A stretch of 64,000 bases of DNA from an uncultured virus (IMG/VR IMGVR_UViG_3300022555_000013). Its lineage: Duplodnaviria > Heunggongvirae > Uroviricota > Caudoviricetes. Below the pieces are notes generated by a model. It was given only the letters and a program-made list of their open reading frames with translations, had not been told where the DNA came from and did not search any database. Shown here one piece after another: positions 58,958 to 64,000 of this stretch. A program made the position numbers and the translations under genes. The stretch lies in the IMG/VR virus record IMGVR_UViG_3300022555_000013, one strand, 5' to 3'. The stretch's first letter is position 1. Every line of letters starts with the position of its first letter.

Positions 58958-60121
58958 ATGGCATTGTCATTTGTACCAGAAAAAATTATTGTCGGTGTTG
59001 AAAAATCATACAGACAGGCTGAAGCTAAAGAAAATAAAACAAAACTCCCGTTAGCGTATGTCATATACAAAGACGAAAAAGGTAAATTAAGAAAAGAAAA
59101 ATCTTGGAATGATTGGCGGGATCAAAATGTTGCGCCAAAAGAATTTGATAACATTCCAATGGAAGGATTCAAATTTTTAAGAACAGTTCAGCGTTCAACA
59201 GAATGGTTCGGAAGTGGAAGAAATATGTGGAGGGTACTTCACCCAAACGGATTTCAATTTGAAATAACTTCCAATAACTTGGAAGCAATTTTTCATGAAA
59301 TAGGTATTAATAAAGGCGGAATCATTCAGGCAAAATGCGTTATTGGGTGGCAGGGGGTGGCTCTTCTACTTATACCAGAAGGTACAGAGCTTTATCAGGA
59401 ATTCGTTGACTCTTCAAAAAGAATTACGGCAGTTAAAATTAAAAAAGCTGCAATAAAATGCGGTAATAAAGTGACATTAAAAGATGGTCGAAAAGTCACC
59501 TTCTTAGGTAAATTTTGCCATTTAATAACAACCCAGCAGTCAGTCGATGATCATGGTGAATTAGCTTGGGCTTGGCGAAAGCGTGTTCAGCCCACTTATA
59601 CATATAAATATAAATGGACGGATAAAGAAGTGATCATTGATGAAAAAAATGGCATTGAAATTAAAAGTAGTTTTGAAGTTATTTCAATTGATGAAACAAG
59701 TGAAATTCCAAAAGAAGTTGCATTAAAAACTATCAATAACTGGCTGGATAACAATGATAATGCTTATATAATATTTGCAATTAAACCAAGTCAATTTCAA
59801 ATTACAAAAGTTGATATTGATAAATCTGAAGTTACAAAAATGATTAATAAAACAAATTACTACTCACAGATATTTTTTGCTGACTATGAAAATAAAACAA
59901 CCAGATTTCAATATTACAGCGGGACATCGCCAAATGAAAGAAGATTTTATATTACAGATGGGGTAAAAATAATTGACGATACAACATACACTAAGCAAAA
60001 TCTTAATGGTGGGAGTGGGTCTCAAAAAATAACAACCGAAAATGATATAATGATTCTTAATCCATTTTGGTATAAGATTGAAATACCAGAATATAATATT
60101 AGCCTTAAACTTGATATGTAA
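58958..60121 (+). CDS. conserved phage hypothetical protein
   Basis: LAYVIYKDEKGKLRKEKSW..WRD...FDNIPMEGF...HPNGFQFEIT. Confidence 0.75.
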   Translation: MALSFVPEKIIVGVEKSYRQAEAKENKTKLPLAYVIYKDEKGKLRKEKSWNDWRDQNVAPKEFDNIPMEGFKFLRTVQRSTEWFGSGRNMWRVLHPNGFQFEITSNNLEAIFHEIGINKGGIIQAKCVIGWQGVALLLIPEGTELYQEFVDSSKRITAVKIKKAAIKCGNKVTLKDGRKVTFLGKFCHLITTQQSVDDHGELAWAWRKRVQPTYTYKYKWTDKEVIIDEKNGIEIKSSFEVISIDETSEIPKEVALKTINNWLDNNDNAYIIFAIKPSQFQITKVDIDKSEVTKMINKTNYYSQIFFADYENKTTRFQYYSGTSPNERRFYITDGVKIIDDTTYTKQNLNGGSGSQKITTENDIMILNPFWYKIEIPEYNISLKLDM

Positions 60122-60149
60122 AAAAAAGCCCCGATGTCGGGGCTTTTTT
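60121..60149. terminator. bidirectional intrinsic terminator
   Basis: AAAAAAAGCCCCGA-TG-TCGGGGCTTTTTT between convergent genes. Confidence 0.85.
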
Positions 60150-60151
60150 AT

Positions 60152-61288
60152 TTACTTTCCAAAATCTTCGAATCGAAGCATGTGACTTTCCTTCTTAACA
60201 GCTTCACCTTCTTGATATCCAGTTTTTACACCACTTACAAACGAACCAGGAATTTTTCCTAATTCTGATCCAATACCCTTAACCTCTGACCAAATTTCTG
60301 GGACTTCAGTTTTAACGTGAGTAATAAAGTTTTGAACCATATCAGCAAAACTTTCTCCAAAATTAACTAATTTTCTGTGTACCCATCCAGCTACCCAGAA
60401 GCCACCAAGGATCAAGCCAAGAATAAACACTCCAACATTTTCTGCACCTCTTTCAAGTGTGTCTAATAATTTCTGACCAAAAGCTTTTGCATCACCTTGC
60501 CCTTTACTTACAAGCTCATTAGCAACTGCTAAAAGTGTACCTTTAAACTTAGCATATTTACCAAAGAATTCGGCTGGGCGTTTTCTTGCAATTGCATAAT
60601 CTCCCATTTGCATATCACCAGTCAATTCCCTAAGTTTTCTACATAATTTTTTATTTAAATCTTCAAGTATTAGCCCAGCTTCAAGCTGAAATTTATCTCC
60701 AGCACGTTCTTTCATTTCAGCTAATTTGTCAACTACGACATCCCATCCTTGTTGCATTTTAGCCCAGAATTCACCAGGAGCCGCCAAAACTTTCTGCCAT
60801 GCACTTGCAAAATAATCTGCGATCTTTCCGCAAACATCTTTAATTACCTGAAGAGCTTGCTGACCATATTCAGCACCTTTGTTATATGTATCCTTTGCCC
60901 AAGCTTTAGCTTTTCCAAATTTGTCTCTTGCCCAACCAGCAGCCTTATTGTAAGTATCAGTAGCATCACTCTTAGCTTGTCTGAAATCACTTGCGATTCC
61001 ACCACCAATAGCACTTCCTACTTGTCTTGCAGTATTTGCAGCCTGTCCAACAGATTGCCCAGCTTGTCCAGCTTTTTGACCCCACCCAGCAACTTTATCT
61101 TTTAATCCACTTAGCCAGCCAGCTTCAAACAATTCGGCTTCTTCTTCACCATAACTTTCAGTGATCAATAGGTACGATTCGTTAACTTTTTGCATGATAA
61201 TATCAAGTTGTTCAAAAGCGAATCTAATATCTTGGATTTCTTTTGCTTCGTGTAAAGCGAATTTTTGGATGTCTTGGACGTGTCTCAT
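60152..61288 (-). CDS. amphipathic helical late protein with a TM segment (candidate ejection/pilot protein)
   Basis: A/G/K/W-rich repeats (DTYNKAAGWA / DTYNKGAEYG); LHE/VNE/ITE/LFE sites at the N-terminus; HMLRFEDF at the C-terminus. Confidence 0.55.
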   Translation of the reverse strand: MRHVQDIQKFALHEAKEIQDIRFAFEQLDIIMQKVNESYLLITESYGEEEAELFEAGWLSGLKDKVAGWGQKAGQAGQSVGQAANTARQVGSAIGGGIASDFRQAKSDATDTYNKAAGWARDKFGKAKAWAKDTYNKGAEYGQQALQVIKDVCGKIADYFASAWQKVLAAPGEFWAKMQQGWDVVVDKLAEMKERAGDKFQLEAGLILEDLNKKLCRKLRELTGDMQMGDYAIARKRPAEFFGKYAKFKGTLLAVANELVSKGQGDAKAFGQKLLDTLERGAENVGVFILGLILGGFWVAGWVHRKLVNFGESFADMVQNFITHVKTEVPEIWSEVKGIGSELGKIPGSFVSGVKTGYQEGEAVKKESHMLRFEDFGK

Positions 61289-61375
61289 ATTATAACAATT
61301 ATTTTCTTTATATATTTAATTTAAAAACTCATTTTTTTACGTCAACTTTTCTATATATTTTTGATAAATGAAATT

Positions 61376-62323
61376 ATGGAAGATATAAAAATTGTGCTTG
61401 GTTGTCAAGGAATGGGTGATATTTTATGCTCAATTCCAGCAATTAAGTATATGAGCCGAATTTACAATCAAAAAATAAAAGTTTTTACCTACAATGCGGA
61501 AATACTCAAAAACTTTCCATTTATAGAATTAATTGATTATATACCAAATGATGCATATCACACATTTGATATTCAAAAATATCTACACCATAAAACTGAT
61601 ATCAGACAACTTCACGCAATTAGCTTAGGGTTTCAATTATCTCCGAATGAAATGCAAATTGAATTTTATCCAGATAAATACACAGAAATTGAATATTTAC
61701 CAAAAGAATATATTGTAATTCACCCAGTAAAAACATGGGCATCCAGAACATGGGAACGTGAAAGATGGCAGGACCTTGCGGATAAATTATCAGATATAAT
61801 TCCAGTTATTGCAATTGGAAAAGATTCAAGTGAGATTGGAAATTATAATACAGAAAAACCATCATATAAAATCAACATTAAAAATGGAATAGATTTAACC
61901 AATAAAACGAATATCCATCAAACTTGGCATATTCTAAATAACGCTATTTTAACCGTTACAATGGACTCTGGAATATTACATTTAGCTGGTACCACTGACA
62001 CATATATCGTTCAGCCAGCGTCATCTATTGATCATTTTTACAGGGCTCCATACCGTTATGGTTCACAGAATTATAAGTATTCTTATGTTTACGGTGAATG
62101 CAAACTATTTTGCGCCAGTGATTTGAAATATAATATAATACATCATGGTACACACAAAATACTTCCACCGATTCCTTTCTGTCTGGAGAGATTAGAAACA
62201 ATAGGAACAAAAGATGAACCAAACCAGAACATATATAAATGCCACCCAACCGTTGATTCTGTGTACAATGAAATTATTTCACATATACCAAGAAAAAAAG
62301 ATAATGGATATTTTTTTATTTGA
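61376..62323 (+). CDS. GT9 (heptosyltransferase-like) glycosyltransferase
   Basis: GMGDILC, IVIHP...RTW, DLTNKT, MDSGILHLAG. Confidence 0.85.
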   Translation: MEDIKIVLGCQGMGDILCSIPAIKYMSRIYNQKIKVFTYNAEILKNFPFIELIDYIPNDAYHTFDIQKYLHHKTDIRQLHAISLGFQLSPNEMQIEFYPDKYTEIEYLPKEYIVIHPVKTWASRTWERERWQDLADKLSDIIPVIAIGKDSSEIGNYNTEKPSYKINIKNGIDLTNKTNIHQTWHILNNAILTVTMDSGILHLAGTTDTYIVQPASSIDHFYRAPYRYGSQNYKYSYVYGECKLFCASDLKYNIIHHGTHKILPPIPFCLERLETIGTKDEPNQNIYKCHPTVDSVYNEIISHIPRKKDNGYFFI

Positions 62324-62361
62324 ATCTTTATTTATATCTTTGCTTTAAATAATAGCCAAAT

Positions 62362-62556
62362 ATGCCAAAACTAAAATCTAAATTAAAAGCGGAACCGTTT
62401 AACAGCCACTGTTTAGGAAGAGGGTGTAGTGATGATGGAATGGAAGCGTTAAGGTTAGTTAATGAGCTAACAAAACAATATGACGATCTTGTTAAAAAGC
62501 ATAACGCTGTTGTTGATGAACTACTTAGTATCAAAACTAATTACTGCCGAAAATAG
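62362..62556 (+). CDS. small coiled-coil protein
   Basis: 64 aa after TATCTTTG at 62335. Confidence 0.55.
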   Translation: MPKLKSKLKAEPFNSHCLGRGCSDDGMEALRLVNELTKQYDDLVKKHNAVVDELLSIKTNYCRK

Positions 62557-62591
62557 GTTAAAATTCAATAAATCACTTAAAATAAAATATT

Positions 62592-63638
62592 ATGAAACTT
62601 TCATTTGACGAGCTCCAGATTGGACAGAAACTTCGCACCCAATATAAAGAAAAGGAAAACAATTCTCTGATGGGATATGGCGACCATTGCCTTACAATTA
62701 ATTGGGAATGGAACGTCCCAGCAGATATAATCCTAACCGTTGTTGCAAAAAGTAAATCTGGAAAAATCGTAACTGTTGAATATCCTGAAATTCCTGAAAT
62801 CATTAGCAACAGGGACCCAAACAAAAAAACACGAATTAAAGCTGGGTTAAAGGTTAGAATGTACATCAGTGAATTGAGAATGTTCACAACTGAAGAAGGT
62901 GATATCATTCCAATGGATCACGAACAAAAGCAGTATAAAATTTTCTTCAACGGCATGCCATACAAACCAAAATACTTTGCCGATATGGGTAAAATTAAGT
63001 CTTCACTACTTGTTGCCTTTGGTTATTTCGATCACCAATATGAAGAATATCAGAAATATTGGCAACGCAATCCAGAATTGGAAAGTTCTATGGCACCTGA
63101 ATGGGTGGGCAGTTCCAATCTGCTCTCAAGGAAAGACTGCAAAAACGTTCAGATAATGGAATTTATCAACAAAGACAGGAAAAATCCAAAGGTTGTAGAT
63201 TTTGATGTTCAGAAATACTACGACAGCTCCATGCGCCTGATCAATGTAACTGTTCAGTTCGGTGCCGCTGCAAGGGAGTTATACAAAAAAACCATGGAAA
63301 CTAAGGAGTATTCATATATGCTTGTCTATATCCCTGAAGAATATCGGATTGTCATTCCGCAGCGTTATCACTACAGTATTGATTATGAAAAACTTAAGGA
63401 GTCCGACAGAATCAAAGAAATCATGAAAGATTCTGGCGTAAAAGACCTTAAAAAATGTACCAAGCATGGCAAAACTGCGATTGTTTTCAAAACATTAGAG
63501 GATATGAAAAAGGTAATGTTAAGGCTTGAACCAAAAGAATACTTCATCATGGACTGTGATGGTGATCAGTTAATGGAAAAGAATACCCGTTTCATTAAGC
63601 TGATTATGATTCAGGAAGCTGCTGATAAAGAAAATTAA
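62592..63638 (+). CDS. hypothetical protein
   Basis: 348 aa. Confidence 0.75.
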   Translation: MKLSFDELQIGQKLRTQYKEKENNSLMGYGDHCLTINWEWNVPADIILTVVAKSKSGKIVTVEYPEIPEIISNRDPNKKTRIKAGLKVRMYISELRMFTTEEGDIIPMDHEQKQYKIFFNGMPYKPKYFADMGKIKSSLLVAFGYFDHQYEEYQKYWQRNPELESSMAPEWVGSSNLLSRKDCKNVQIMEFINKDRKNPKVVDFDVQKYYDSSMRLINVTVQFGAAARELYKKTMETKEYSYMLVYIPEEYRIVIPQRYHYSIDYEKLKESDRIKEIMKDSGVKDLKKCTKHGKTAIVFKTLEDMKKVMLRLEPKEYFIMDCDGDQLMEKNTRFIKLIMIQEAADKEN

Positions 63639-63673
63639 CTTTGCGTAATTTAATACCACCGCAATATGAATAT

Positions 63674-64000
63674 ATGAAAACAAGGTTCCAATACCCTCAA
63701 TTTGTGTCCGAAAAACCAAAAAATTTCTCAAGAAAAGGATTCATTTGTACTTGTATGGTACCCGTTTTCAGATGGGACGATACCAGAAAGGTCTTGGAGT
63801 TTGTTAAATGCACATATAAAATAAAACCTACGTTTGGATCAAAATATAAAGAACGTGGAAAAATAACTTCGGTTTGGGGTGAATATGAATCATTGATATC
63901 TGTGCCAGAATATATCCCAGATGATTGCGAAATAAGTACTGGTCATTTTTTAAGGGATGGTGGTAAAATGCCACTCGTAACATGCATCACAATCAAAGAT
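63674..64000 (+). CDS. 5' part of a hypothetical protein (runs off the window)
   Basis: MKTRFQYPQFVSEKPKNFSRKGF... open to the window end; TAACTTTG at 63636. Confidence 0.65.
   Translation, partial: MKTRFQYPQFVSEKPKNFSRKGFICTCMVPVFRWDDTRKVLEFVKCTYKIKPTFGSKYKERGKITSVWGEYESLISVPEYIPDDCEISTGHFLRDGGKMPLVTCITIKD

Overview
AT-rich, densely coding window from a large tailed dsDNA (jumbo-type) bacteriophage using the standard genetic code (thyA ends at its canonical C-terminus with TAG). The likely host is in Bacteroidota, based on repeated TAnnTTTG promoters and host-like rpsA/infC genes. Recognisable genes: DinG-like helicase, single-chain type IIA topoisomerase, thymidylate synthase, SbcC/gp46 ATPase, T4-type primase, neck-like protein, IF3, short S1, glycosyltransferases, radical SAM, amidoligase-like and isochorismatase-like proteins. 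A family B DNA polymerase is fractured by a split intein, with a decayed Vsr-like homing endonuclease between the halves. An IS200/IS605 tnpB element interrupts a GNAT gene. The least explained signal is a set of short terminal peptide tags on many unrelated small proteins: an N-terminal T4 capsid-targeting-like leader (M-K-x-(L/I)-K-x-(F/W)-x-E), a C-terminal [R/K]-F-D-[L/M/I]-stop, and a C-terminal R-x-x-K-L-x-x-L. These tags track three promoter classes read from the intergenic DNA (TAATATATA, AAAC-N18-TATAAT, TAnnTTTG). Several small genes are broken by frameshifts or deletions, which may be biological or assembly errors. All calls come from motif recognition by eye; no searches were run.
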